64,000 nt of DNA from an uncultured Chromatiales bacterium (GTDB taxonomy: Bacteria; Pseudomonadota; Gammaproteobacteria; Poriferisulfidales; Poriferisulfidaceae): NCBI GenBank assembly GCA_964526195.1, contig CAZGIH010000020.1, positions 12,803-76,802 of the forward strand, read 5' to 3'. Shown here one piece after another: positions 51,646-61,381 of the stretch. Under the pieces are notes generated by a model that did not search any database, was not told the origin of the DNA, and saw only the letters and a program-made list of their open reading frames with translations. The position numbers and the translations under genes are program-made. Within the stretch, counting starts at the first letter, position 1, and each line of letters starts with the position of its first letter.

Positions 51646-54249
51646 TCAATCATCATCCGCGGGAGAATCCAGTTTCTGCAATTCATAAATCAGGTCCAGA
51701 GCCTCCTTCGGCGACAGCTGGTCGGGCTTCACCTGTCGGAGACGTTCCAGGGCGGCCGGGATGGATGGAGGATCGGAAGGTGGCACGAACAGGTCTTTTT
51801 GCGGATTGCTGCGCGCCCAACGCTGAGTGCTGTCATCCTCGAGTTCCAGCAGGTATGCCTGGGCCCGTTCCAGCACCGGCGCAGGAATGCCCGCGAGACG
51901 TGCGACCTGCAGGCCGTAGCTTTGGCTGGCAGGTCCTTCCTTGACGGCGTGCAGGAAGACGATTTTCTGGCCATGCATCGTGGCGTCCAGGTGAAGGTTG
52001 ACGATCCCGGGATGGATTTCGGCCAGCTGGGTCAGCTCGAAGTAGTGGGTGGAGAAAAGGGTGAATGCCCGATTTCGGGTGGCCAGGTATTCGGCGCAGC
52101 CCAGTGCCAGTGCCATCCCGTCGAAAGTGCTGGTGCCGCGACCGATCTCGTCCATCAGCACCAGACTGTATTCGGAGGCGTGGTGCAGGATGTTGGCGGC
52201 TTCCGTCATCTCGACCATGAACGTGGAACGACCCGAAGTCAGGTCGTCGGAGGCCCCGATTCGGGTGAAGATGCGGTCGATGGGGCCAATCCTGGCCTGC
52301 TTGGCCGGCACGTGGCTGCCGATGCAGGCCATCAGCACGATCAGTGCGGTCTGCCTCATATAGGTGGATTTGCCGCCCATGTTCGGACCGGTGACGAGGA
52401 GCAGGCGGCGTTGCTCGGAGAGCAGCGTGTCGTTCGGCACGAATGGTTCGTTCCAGGTCAGCTCGATTACCGGGTGGCGACCGGCTTCGATCTCGACGCC
52501 GGGTTCGTCGACCAGTTCGGGGCAGCAGTAGTGGTGTGCCTTGGCCTGCTCGGCGAAGCTGCAGAGCACGTCCAGTTCGGACAGCGCATCTGCACATCGC
52601 TTGAAGTGGTTCAGGTGTGGCGTCAGGCTTTCCAAGAGATCTTGGTAGACCTGTTTTTCCCGCTCCAGCGCCCGGCTGCGCGCGCTCAGAACGCGGTCCT
52701 CGAATTCCTTCAGCTCCGATGTCAGGTAACGCTCGTAGTTCTTGAGCGTCTGCCGCCGCCGGTAGTGATCGGGCACCCGCGCGGCTTGGCTGCGCGGGAC
52801 CTCGATGTAGTAGCCGTGAACCCGGTTGTAGGCGACTTTGAGCTGGGCGATGCCGGTACTCTCCCGTTCGGTTGCTTCCATCTCCAAAAGAAAATCGTCG
52901 GCTCCGCGCGACAGTTCGCGTAGCTCATCCAGCTCGGGATCGAATCCTGCCGCAATGGCGCCGCCCTCGCGAATGGTCGGAGGGGGATTTTCCGCGAGCG
53001 CTGAAGCCAGATGTGCAGCCAGTTCCGGGTCCGATTGCAGATGGGCACGATAGGAGTCGAATTCTGCCGCGTCGATATCCTCCAGCAGGCGGCGCAGGTC
53101 TGGCAGGCGCTGCAGGGTTTGGGCCAGGCCGCACAAGTCCCGAGGGGAAGCGGTATGCAGGGCAAGGCGGGCGATGACGCGCTCGATGTCGGAGACTTTC
53201 CTCAACTGTTCGCGAATCGGGGCGCGGTGCGTGTTGTCCAACAGGTGAGAAACGATTTGGTGGCGTGTCGCCAGTGTTTCCCGGTCGCGAAGGGGAGATT
53301 GGATCCATCGACCGAGACAACGGTGGCCCATGGCCGTGACGGTTTTGTCCAATACACCCAGCAAGCTGTGGCGGGAATCGCCGGAGATAGTCTGCTCCAG
53401 CTCGAGATTGCGTCGGCTGGTGGCATCTAGGTAGATATGAGTATCGCGCCGTTCCCTTTGCAGGCTCGTAATGTGTGGCAGGGCCGCCCGTTGTGTCTCT
53501 TGGGCGTAGTAGAGCAGGGCTCCGGCGGCTCCGGTGGCGGAGGGCGCGTCTTGGCAGTCGAAGGCAGACAGGTCATAAACCCCGAGTTGCTGGCACAAGA
53601 GCCGGGAAGCGGTTTCGGCATCAAAATGCCAGTCCGAAAGAGGCTGCCAGTGCGTGTCTTCCCAGTCCGGAGGGGTGTTCGATTCCGGGTACAGGATTTC
53701 CGCTGGACGGAGACGTTCCAGTTCCGCGTACAGGTCTTCGATGGATGGGAGATCCATCACGTTGAAGCGGCCCGAGCTCAGGTTCAGGCTGGCCAGCCCG
53801 ATCGGATCCCCCGGCCACAGTGCAAGCAGCAGGGCGTCGCGCCCGGCGTCCAGCAGTTCATCCTCGATCAGGGTTCCGGGTGTGACGATGCGCGAAATCT
53901 GGCGTTCCATCGGCCCCCGGCCGGGCGGGCTGTCACCGACCTGCTCGCAAACCACCGCGGATTCTCCGAGGTCGACGAGTTTTGCGAGATAGGAATCAAG
54001 CGAAACCACCGGGATGCCCGCCATCGGGATAGGCTGGCCCTTGGAGCGTCCGCGCTCGGTCAGTACGATATCCAGCAATTCGGAGCCGCGCTTGGCGTCC
54101 TCGAAGAACAACTCGTAGAAGTCTCCCATTCTGTAGAGCAGCAGGTGCTGGGGGTATTGCGCCTTGAACTCAAGGTACTGGCGCATGCTGGGAGTGTGCT
54201 GCTGCTGTGGCGAGGGTGACGTCAACAGTGGAGCCGGTTGCAGTGCCAT
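51646..54249 (-). CDS. mutS: DNA mismatch repair protein MutS
   Basis: 867 aa; [28 protein letters not shown]-terminus; Walker [10 protein letters not shown]. Confidence 0.97.
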   Translation of the reverse strand: MALQPAPLLTSPSPQQQHTPSMRQYLEFKAQYPQHLLLYRMGDFYELFFEDAKRGSELLDIVLTERGRSKGQPIPMAGIPVVSLDSYLAKLVDLGESAVVCEQVGDSPPGRGPMERQISRIVTPGTLIEDELLDAGRDALLLALWPGDPIGLASLNLSSGRFNVMDLPSIEDLYAELERLRPAEILYPESNTPPDWEDTHWQPLSDWHFDAETASRLLCQQLGVYDLSAFDCQDAPSATGAAGALLYYAQETQRAALPHITSLQRERRDTHIYLDATSRRNLELEQTISGDSRHSLLGVLDKTVTAMGHRCLGRWIQSPLRDRETLATRHQIVSHLLDNTHRAPIREQLRKVSDIERVIARLALHTASPRDLCGLAQTLQRLPDLRRLLEDIDAAEFDSYRAHLQSDPELAAHLASALAENPPPTIREGGAIAAGFDPELDELRELSRGADDFLLEMEATERESTGIAQLKVAYNRVHGYYIEVPRSQAARVPDHYRRRQTLKNYERYLTSELKEFEDRVLSARSRALEREKQVYQDLLESLTPHLNHFKRCADALSELDVLCSFAEQAKAHHYCCPELVDEPGVEIEAGRHPVIELTWNEPFVPNDTLLSEQRRLLLVTGPNMGGKSTYMRQTALIVLMACIGSHVPAKQARIGPIDRIFTRIGASDDLTSGRSTFMVEMTEAANILHHASEYSLVLMDEIGRGTSTFDGMALALGCAEYLATRNRAFTLFSTHYFELTQLAEIHPGIVNLHLDATMHGQKIVFLHAVKEGPASQSYGLQVARLAGIPAPVLERAQAYLLELEDDSTQRWARSNPQKDLFVPPSDPPSIPAALERLRQVKPDQLSPKEALDLIYELQKLDSPADDD

Positions 54250-54349
54250 CCGGCTATTTTGTCAAATTTCTAAAATCCCCTGAAACGGCTGCCGGAAGGA
54301 GCCCGCGACGGAGCAGATGGTTGCAGGGAACTCGGGTCGAAAAAGCCCT

Positions 54350-55384
54350 TTACTCAGTTCCCGAATGCTTGGGTTTACGGGCCAAGAAGAAAAACGCCGG
54401 GGTAAAGAGACCGGATTCGCCTCCCGCGACCAGTGCGTCCGCTCCCCTGTTCAGCATTGTGCTGACCATGGTGGAGCCCTTCGGAATGATCCGCAGCGTC
54501 TCCCCGACTCTTAAGGTCAAATTGGTCAGGGCGCGCCCGATGGGCGTGCGAGGAATGCTCGCGAGACTGAGGTCGCGACCCTGCAGGGCGCGATACCAGG
54601 GCATACCCGGATCCGCTTCAGGGGCGAGGTCGCGGGCTTCCAAAAACTCGAACCCGGCCGCACTCAATGCGGGACCGATTTCAGACGTGACGGCGATATC
54701 CGGTAGCCCGTTCCCTTTCTCGATGTCTTTCTTGATCCGAAGGTGCTCGGCATTCTCCGGATCGAAGTCCTCGGTGAGACACCACTCGTAACCCGCGAAG
54801 CAGGCTCCCGGGCACAGGATGCGGAAGACCTCCCGGAACGCTGCGGTCTTGTCCGGCGCATGGGGCATGGACTCGATCGCGATGGCGGCGTCGTAGGAGT
54901 TGTCGTCCTCGGGAATCTGCATGAAGTCGCCGTGGATGAAGCGGCACAACGACTGGATGTCTTGGCTTTGTGCTTCGGCGCGCCTGATCTGGTAGGCGTT
55001 GTTGTTAAGCCCGACGAAACTGGCCCCGGAGTAACGGGCCAGCGTGCGCATTGGTCCGCCGATCCCGCAACCCAAGTCGATAACCTGCATCCCGGGTTTC
55101 AGGGACAGTTGGTCGGCTAGGAAATGCTCGTGCCTGAGCAGCGACTCCTTGAAGCTTTCGCCGCGGAGCCGGGGCGCGAAGTGAAAGGACTGGCCCCAGC
55201 CAAATTCGTAGAAATCGGTCGCTAGGTCGTAGTAGTGATTGACGAGTGTCTGATAGTCCTCTTTCCTGTTCTCCAGGTCGTCGTCGTGGAGCCCGGTGTA
55301 TTGATCGACCGCTTGGGTTACTTCATCCGGAGTGAGGTCCGAAAAAGAACGGGAACTCGATTGCTTGGTGGAAGTGCTGCTCAT
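54350..55384 (-). CDS. Sterol C-24 methyltransferase (ERG6/SMT family), SAM-dependent
   Basis: Start at the internal Met (MSSTSTK...). YYDLATDFYEFGWGQSFHF matches the SMT region-I hallmark (YEYGWG..FHF). SAM motif VIDLGCGIGGP. About 344 aa. Confidence 0.85.
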   Translation of the reverse strand: MSSTSTKQSSSRSFSDLTPDEVTQAVDQYTGLHDDDLENRKEDYQTLVNHYYDLATDFYEFGWGQSFHFAPRLRGESFKESLLRHEHFLADQLSLKPGMQVIDLGCGIGGPMRTLARYSGASFVGLNNNAYQIRRAEAQSQDIQSLCRFIHGDFMQIPEDDNSYDAAIAIESMPHAPDKTAAFREVFRILCPGACFAGYEWCLTEDFDPENAEHLRIKKDIEKGNGLPDIAVTSEIGPALSAAGFEFLEARDLAPEADPGMPWYRALQGRDLSLASIPRTPIGRALTNLTLRVGETLRIIPKGSTMVSTMLNRGADALVAGGESGLFTPAFFFLARKPKHSGTE

Positions 55385-55413
55385 TCGATTATCCTGCCAG
55401 TTCGCGTTCTTCT

Positions 55414-58400
55414 TCAAGAAGGAGCAGGCGCGTTGGGCTGCTCTTCCAAAGCCGCTGCCGCCAAAGGCACCGCGTCGCTCGCAATTGCGCCGGTGGCAAG
55501 GGAATCGGCGGTTGCCAGTTCCAGCCGGGCCCGGCGCCGCTGCTCGTAGAGGCCGAGGGCGCGCAGGGGGAAATACTGCCGATACAGGACGTAGTCCAGC
55601 AGGGCCGTACGGAAAAAGACTCCGGCCATGTCTTGCTTGGGCCATGCGCCATCCGCATCCTGGGTGTTGAGCAGGAACCGGACGCCCTGCGAGATCGCGG
55701 CCCAGTTGGGGTCCTCCGCCTCAAGGAGCGCAATCAATGCCCATGCGGTCTGGATGACCTGGCTTTCATCGTGCGCAATGTACTGGCCGGTGAAGCAACC
55801 GCTGTGGTGCTCACCCCATCCCCCGTCTCCGCGCTGACGGTCCAGCAACCACCGGCAGGCCAAGCGTAGCGCCGTATCACCCGGACGGGCTCCGGCCGCA
55901 AGCAGGCCCCTGATCCCGAAGGAAGTGCCGTAGATGAACTGAACTCCCCATACGCCGCGCCACGACCCATCGCTTGCCTGGGTTCGGCGAAGCCAGGCGC
56001 CGGCTCGCGACATGGCATCCGTCACTGCCTGGTCCGTGATGTCTGAAAAGTGCTTCTTGCAGGCGGCGAATGCCGCGAGGCAAGAAGCGGTGCACTCGAC
56101 ATAGGAATGTTCAGTCATCGACTCGCCGAACATTTCGGCTGGATTCAGCCATTCGAGCCCGATTACGGAACGCTGTGCTTCATAGCTGCCAAAGCCGCCA
56201 TCGCGGTTCTGACCTCGCAGCATGAACTGGATCGCATCCTTGAGCATGGCCGTGTTCGTCGTCCCGCGGTGGACGGCGATAATCCCGAGCACCGCTTCCG
56301 CGGTGCAGTCGGTGACTGGCCAGCCATGCCACTGTCCGGCAAAGCACCAGCCACCCTTGGGGTCGTTTCGAAAAGCCTCACGAAATCCTTCGAAACTGGT
56401 CTTGATTTGTTGCGTTTCCAGGAAATCGGCTCCACGCTGGAGGGAATTTTGAACTTCAGGGGCCAGATCGAGTCCGGACATTGTGTCCAATGCCTGCAGG
56501 GCGAAGCCGGTATCCCACGAAATGCTTCTCGCCCCGGTGACTCGTGCCCCGTATTCCTCGTCTTCCCAGATCCAGTCGTCCGACTTCGCGAGTGCCTGGC
56601 GACTGTCGGGATCGTTTGGGTCGCGCAGCCATAAGGCCAAGATGTTGAGGAGCCCGCTGACCGGGGAGATACTCGTGTGATTGGTCGTTCGAAGTTCCCA
56701 TTGGATGCGCTCGGTGATCGCGTCCATGCATCGAGCACGCAGGTATTGACTATGGAATCGTTCAAACAATTGCGAAAACCCGTACCCGATCCGGAGCCAT
56801 ACACTGGGCCGCGCATGGAGGTCGGCGCTTCGCAGGCGATTGCGGCCCGCGGAAAAGCCGACATTGGCAAAGCCCTCGGGGTACAGTTCTTCTCGCAGTG
56901 ACGCGATCAAAGGCGTGACGGGTGCCTGAAACCGATGTGAGTAGACGGCCGCCATCGCCATGTAGATGAGCCGGGTATGGCAATACCAGTTGGAAGGGTG
57001 CAGCGGAATCCAACGCGGCAGACTCCACAGTTCTGGCAGGATGGCGTTGATTCCGCGCCAGTCGTATAGATTGAGGAGCGCCAGCCAGAATTTCCCCCAG
57101 CTCGGAATGCCGAGAACTCCTTCGGTTTGCAGGAATTCCTGGGCAGGTTTAAGCAGCGGGTCATCCCGCTCGATGCCGAGCAGTCTTGCCGCGACGTAAA
57201 CCAGCGTGGTAACAAACAAGTTGGGGGGCGGGTACTCGTGCAGGCCCCATGCGCCTCCTTCTAGGCGAGTCTGTTCGAAAGACCGCAGCACGCGTCGGCG
57301 CCGATCGGGATCGAGCGACTGCCCCATGACGTAGTGCAGCAGTACGTACTGCGCGGTGAGCATGGGGCACCAGACCATCTCGCCTTCCCAGGCGCCATCC
57401 CCACCCTGGAGACTCAGCAGGCGCTCGCTCGCGCTCTTCAACGCCGGACCAGCATCAGGCGATTCGACCGTCCATGGGCGGGCAGGTTGAGAGTCGTTGG
57501 TCTTCGACGGGATGGAGACCAGGAATGTGCGGGACCAGGTGTCCCGAATTTGCTCGTCCTCTCCTTCGCCCGTGCTTCTCACCCGATGCAACATCCGGGC
57601 ACCCCGCAGCAGCCATTTGATTCGGCCCGAGAGTGAATTAAAGGTGTCTCGGGCACGTCGCCAGGCAAGTTTGTCGAGAGATCGCGGCATTTCTCCGGCA
57701 ACCGCCCGGGCCATCGTCGTAAAAAATGCAGAACTCAGGTGAATGACCGATGTGTCTTCGCAGGCGAGTAAACGCATGGTCCGGTCGCGCATCGTAGAAC
57801 TTGCCCGCCAGCCTCGGTAGGCTGCATGCCGGAGAGCCGCCACCTCGGTCCGATGATCAGCAAAGACCTCGTAGAGTCCTATGGCAAGGAATTCCGGGGC
57901 CCGGATCGCCCGGAAGCGCTTCTTGGTGAAGTCGCGAAAGTCCCCGTTTTCGGCGAGTGCAAGTGCATCACCGAAACCAAGGGTGATTCCGACCGCCGAC
58001 ATGGGGTGGTAGTGCCCGGCCGCATCGCCGATCAGTACTCGATGCGGGCTCCCGTAGCTAACGCGCGGCCTTAGTTTATTGCTGGCAGTGCGAAACTGCC
58101 CCGCCCGCAGCGCTTCAACAAATGCGGGCCTGACTGATTCCGGCAACCAACCGGTGTACGAGTCCAACAGGAACCCAATCCGATCCCGGGGTATCCAGCG
58201 ATCCGCCGGGACATCAACGACGATGCGCACGCCGCGCTCTCCGAGGCGGTACATGAGGATCGGCCCGGGTCCACCTCCCAACACGTACCCATAACCCTCC
58301 AACGGCAACGTCACGTCGTCGACCAGGACTCCCACCATCCACGAGCAAGTTTTGTGGTTCGTCGGCAAGCCCAGCGATCGACGCACGACCGAACCCCGGC

Positions 58401-58875
58401 CATCGGCGCCGACGATCCGCGTGGTCGCGACGGACTCATCGGTCCCGTTTCGAGTAAAAGTGATTCGTCCGTCTACAACCTCACGGACTTGTGCATTGAA
58501 AATGAAATCAATGCTCGATTCGTTCTCGATCGCTTCGTGCAGATGCGAGACGAGTGCCGAATGCTCACAGGCCAATCCGTGAGCACCGTCCGGATAGGGA
58601 AGTATGATCGGTTCCGAGTCGTCTTCCGGGTACACCACGAACCCATTGCCTGCACCGATGGGAGGCTGCGTGTCGATCCCGACCCCGATCTCGCGCAGGA
58701 TCTGCACGGCGGGGGGGTGCAGCCATTCTCCCGCCAGTCGCTTGGAAGCTTCGGGGCTCGCTTCGAGCAGGACAACCCGGGCACCTTTTCGCGCGTGGGC
58801 GAGCGCACACACACTGCCGACTGGTCCCCCGCCGACAATCGCGACGTCGTAATGCCGGGAGGGGGGGATGCTCAC
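55414..58875 (-). CDS. Single ORF encoding squalene monooxygenase (N-terminal) fused in frame to oxidosqualene cyclase (C-terminal)
   Basis: N-terminus: FAD Rossmann DVAIVGGGPVGS and the squalene-epoxidase motif GDAAGHYHPMSAVGITLGFGD. C-terminus: terpene-cyclase QW repeats (RDGGFGSY, GDGGWGEH) and the oxidosqualene-cyclase catalytic motif VTDCTAEA. No stop separates the two domains. Probable GTG start overlaps the CYP51 stop (GTGA). Confidence 0.85.
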   Translation of the reverse strand: MSIPPSRHYDVAIVGGGPVGSVCALAHARKGARVVLLEASPEASKRLAGEWLHPPAVQILREIGVGIDTQPPIGAGNGFVVYPEDDSEPIILPYPDGAHGLACEHSALVSHLHEAIENESSIDFIFNAQVREVVDGRITFTRNGTDESVATTRIVGADGRGSVVRRSLGLPTNHKTCSWMVGVLVDDVTLPLEGYGYVLGGGPGPILMYRLGERGVRIVVDVPADRWIPRDRIGFLLDSYTGWLPESVRPAFVEALRAGQFRTASNKLRPRVSYGSPHRVLIGDAAGHYHPMSAVGITLGFGDALALAENGDFRDFTKKRFRAIRAPEFLAIGLYEVFADHRTEVAALRHAAYRGWRASSTMRDRTMRLLACEDTSVIHLSSAFFTTMARAVAGEMPRSLDKLAWRRARDTFNSLSGRIKWLLRGARMLHRVRSTGEGEDEQIRDTWSRTFLVSIPSKTNDSQPARPWTVESPDAGPALKSASERLLSLQGGDGAWEGEMVWCPMLTAQYVLLHYVMGQSLDPDRRRRVLRSFEQTRLEGGAWGLHEYPPPNLFVTTLVYVAARLLGIERDDPLLKPAQEFLQTEGVLGIPSWGKFWLALLNLYDWRGINAILPELWSLPRWIPLHPSNWYCHTRLIYMAMAAVYSHRFQAPVTPLIASLREELYPEGFANVGFSAGRNRLRSADLHARPSVWLRIGYGFSQLFERFHSQYLRARCMDAITERIQWELRTTNHTSISPVSGLLNILALWLRDPNDPDSRQALAKSDDWIWEDEEYGARVTGARSISWDTGFALQALDTMSGLDLAPEVQNSLQRGADFLETQQIKTSFEGFREAFRNDPKGGWCFAGQWHGWPVTDCTAEAVLGIIAVHRGTTNTAMLKDAIQFMLRGQNRDGGFGSYEAQRSVIGLEWLNPAEMFGESMTEHSYVECTASCLAAFAACKKHFSDITDQAVTDAMSRAGAWLRRTQASDGSWRGVWGVQFIYGTSFGIRGLLAAGARPGDTALRLACRWLLDRQRGDGGWGEHHSGCFTGQYIAHDESQVIQTAWALIALLEAEDPNWAAISQGVRFLLNTQDADGAWPKQDMAGVFFRTALLDYVLYRQYFPLRALGLYEQRRRARLELATADSLATGAIASDAVPLAAAALEEQPNAPAPS

Positions 58876-60260
58876 TGGAAAATGCTGGCCTGTGGGCGGC
58901 GGCGGTAACGGACCCAGCAGGGTTCCCTGGGGCCTGTCACCCAACTGCCGTAATTCGGTTCGGGAAACTCGGTGATGGGCTCAAAATCGAAACAATCAAA
59001 CAGCACGGTCCAGATTGCTTTCAACTGCATGTAAGCAAAATGTTCACCGATGCATCGATGTTTGCCGCCGCCGAAACTGATCAAGGCGTAGTGGTGCTGT
59101 TTGCCCTCGGATGCAGGTGGAGCGAACCGGTCCGGATTGAAGCGGTTCGGATCGGCAAACAGGTGCGGCAACCGTTGAGAGACCGCCGGCGACACCATGG
59201 CCAGGGCGCCGGCCGGCACGACATGGTCCTTGTAGTGCAAGGGTCTGAGCACCTTGCGGATCAGCATGATCAACGGCGGGTGCATCCGCTCGCATTCACG
59301 GATGGCATGCTCCAGTATTACTTGGTGCCTGAGGTTCTCGTAGCTCACGGTTCCCGCCTCGCGGTAGGTGTCTTGCACCTCGTCTTTCACCCGCGCCAGG
59401 TATGACGGTGCCCTCATGAGTTCCAGAAGAGTCCAGGTTGCGAGCACTGCGCTGGTGTGCTGGCCCGCGAACAACACCGTCAGCAGGATTCCGGTAATCT
59501 CGTCGTCGCTCGGGGCGTGGCCATCCTTGTAGCGAGCATTCATGAGGGTCTGCATGAAATCGTCAGGCTGGGCTTCGGTCCGCCGGCGTTCCGCCATGAT
59601 CTGGCCGAAGAGTTTGGCGACTTTTCGCCGGGCCCGGTCGCGGCTCCGATGTGCCGGAATCGGGAGATAGGGAAAAAAGAACCCCAAGGTGTTGATGCCG
59701 TTTTGCAGTTCGTGGTAAGCCTCGGCGAATCCTGCGTCCAGCTGGGTCCGGACCTCTTCTCCAATGAGGCAGCGACTGGCGATTTTGACGGTGAGTTCGT
59801 TCATTGCGTGGGGCAGATCGACTTCCCCACGCTCGCCGAGGTCCTCGGCGAACTGCCAGGTTTCCTTGAACATGATGCGGGCGAACCGGCGCATCGCGGC
59901 TTCGTTGAGTGCCGGATACAAAAATCCCAATTGCTCGAGCATCAGTTCAGGCGTAGTGTCGTAAGCTACGCCGCGCCCGAAGATGGGCACCGTGAACTGG
60001 TAGACCTCTTTGGCGCTGAGTTGGTCTTCGGGTGCGTGGAAGTAGAAATCGTGAGCTTCGGGCCCGGTGAAGAGGAAGAACTCGCGCGGGCCGAGCCGGA
60101 ACCGGATGAGTTCGCCTTGCTCGCGCCAGCCGCGCTGCAGCATCGCGATCGGGTCTTTCTGGAAATCCAGCAGATGGCCGATCAGCGGCCACTTGCCCGC
60201 GATCTCGGGAATGGCCCGGGCCTCCTGCGGCGAAAGTGGGGTGGAACGTACGGTGGTCAT
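58872..60260 (-). CDS. Sterol 14-alpha demethylase (CYP51), stand-alone P450 without ferredoxin fusion
   Basis: Start at the internal Met (MTTVRST...); I-helix FAGQHTS; heme loop FGGGKHRCIGEHFA; about 463 aa. Confidence 0.88.
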   Translation of the reverse strand: MTTVRSTPLSPQEARAIPEIAGKWPLIGHLLDFQKDPIAMLQRGWREQGELIRFRLGPREFFLFTGPEAHDFYFHAPEDQLSAKEVYQFTVPIFGRGVAYDTTPELMLEQLGFLYPALNEAAMRRFARIMFKETWQFAEDLGERGEVDLPHAMNELTVKIASRCLIGEEVRTQLDAGFAEAYHELQNGINTLGFFFPYLPIPAHRSRDRARRKVAKLFGQIMAERRRTEAQPDDFMQTLMNARYKDGHAPSDDEITGILLTVLFAGQHTSAVLATWTLLELMRAPSYLARVKDEVQDTYREAGTVSYENLRHQVILEHAIRECERMHPPLIMLIRKVLRPLHYKDHVVPAGALAMVSPAVSQRLPHLFADPNRFNPDRFAPPASEGKQHHYALISFGGGKHRCIGEHFAYMQLKAIWTVLFDCFDFEPITEFPEPNYGSWVTGPREPCWVRYRRRPQASIFQ

Positions 60261-60274
60261 GTCGTCAGGTCGCC

Positions 60275-61381
60275 TCAATAGACGAACGGCAGCATCGCGA
60301 AACGCACTCGCTTCGTGTACCGCTCCCAGAGTTCGCCGTACTTGGCGCGGCAGCGGCGATCGTCGCGTCTTGAGCGATGCGACAACAGCCCCGCCAACCA
60401 CGCGGGCAACAGGTAAGGCACCCAGGATGCGAATCCGGTGGTCAGGGCGAACGAAAGGTAGATGCAGATCTCGCCGGTATAGTTGAGATGCCGCCCGATT
60501 CCCCAAAATCCGGAGACCAGCAGGTGCCCGTCCAGGGACTCGGCGGGTTTCCCCCAGATCGTGGCGTGAGAGTCACGCTTGAAACGGTGCTTCTGCCCGT
60601 TGGCGCCGCGGAAGACCCAGAAGCCGAAGACGAACAGCAGGGTGATTGCGACGGCAGCGACGGGGGGCAGGGGATCGGTTGCGTGAACCAGCCACCAGCC
60701 GGCGAGGCAATAGAAAAACGGGACCAGTACATAGTCTCCCCAAACCAGCATCCACCCGAAGCGTTCGCTGACGATGTCCCAGGTGTGGACCATTCCGTAT
60801 TCGAAGTGGAAGTAGTTGAGGACGTACAGGAAAGTGAAGGTCTGGTAAAGCATCATCGCCAAGGTCAACTCGCCGTAGGTTTCGTACTGCACGGCGGCGA
60901 ACGAGACGTTGAACAACGCGAGGCCGATGAGGGAAGGGCGGTAGCTGAAAAACTTCAAGTCCACCCCGAACCAGGTCGGATGGCCTTCCACGCCATAGAA
61001 GAAACCTTCCAATCCCTTCGGGGAATCGCCCTGGGTCCGGGTGCCTTGGTAGTACAGCAAGGCGGAAAAAGCAAACGCGAATATGTTCGCTACCACGAAC
61101 AGGGCGAGAAAGTGGGTATACAGCACCGAAAGAGAGAACCAACCGGAGACTTGGGCAAGTCCTCCCACGATCATGGTCAGCAGGAACAGGGCGAGGCCGT
61201 TGCTCCTGTAGATCCTTGATTTTCCATTGTAATCCGGTCCCGTAACCCGGCGTCCGGGCAACAGCATCGAACCCAGGAACAGGAAGCCGAAGAATGCCAG
61301 CATCATGGCTGCCGCGTCGAGCAGGGTGCTGCCGGACAGCGCAGTCAGCGAGAAGGGCAGGTCAGGCATAAGCGTTGCCAT
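60275..61381 (-). CDS. ERG4/ERG24-family sterol reductase (C-14 or C-24(28) reductase type)
   Basis: 368 aa polytopic membrane protein; family signature LLVSGFWGIGRHLNYTGE. Confidence 0.8.
   Translation of the reverse strand: MATLMPDLPFSLTALSGSTLLDAAAMMLAFFGFLFLGSMLLPGRRVTGPDYNGKSRIYRSNGLALFLLTMIVGGLAQVSGWFSLSVLYTHFLALFVVANIFAFAFSALLYYQGTRTQGDSPKGLEGFFYGVEGHPTWFGVDLKFFSYRPSLIGLALFNVSFAAVQYETYGELTLAMMLYQTFTFLYVLNYFHFEYGMVHTWDIVSERFGWMLVWGDYVLVPFFYCLAGWWLVHATDPLPPVAAVAITLLFVFGFWVFRGANGQKHRFKRDSHATIWGKPAESLDGHLLVSGFWGIGRHLNYTGEICIYLSFALTTGFASWVPYLLPAWLAGLLSHRSRRDDRRCRAKYGELWERYTKRVRFAMLPFVY

Noticed and set aside
54250-54349. Possible terminator or promoter between the SMT gene and mutS, including a TTGACA hexamer 13 nt before the mutS ATG
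   Set aside because: The hairpin potential is weak (3-bp stems), and the TTGACA is too close to the start codon to serve as a -35 for it.
58876-58944. Upstream ATG start (58944) for the epoxidase-cyclase ORF, giving a 73-nt overlap with CYP51
   Set aside because: A GTG at 58875 overlaps the CYP51 stop as GTGA and gives a normal N-terminus just ahead of the FAD Rossmann motif. The long overlap is less plausible.
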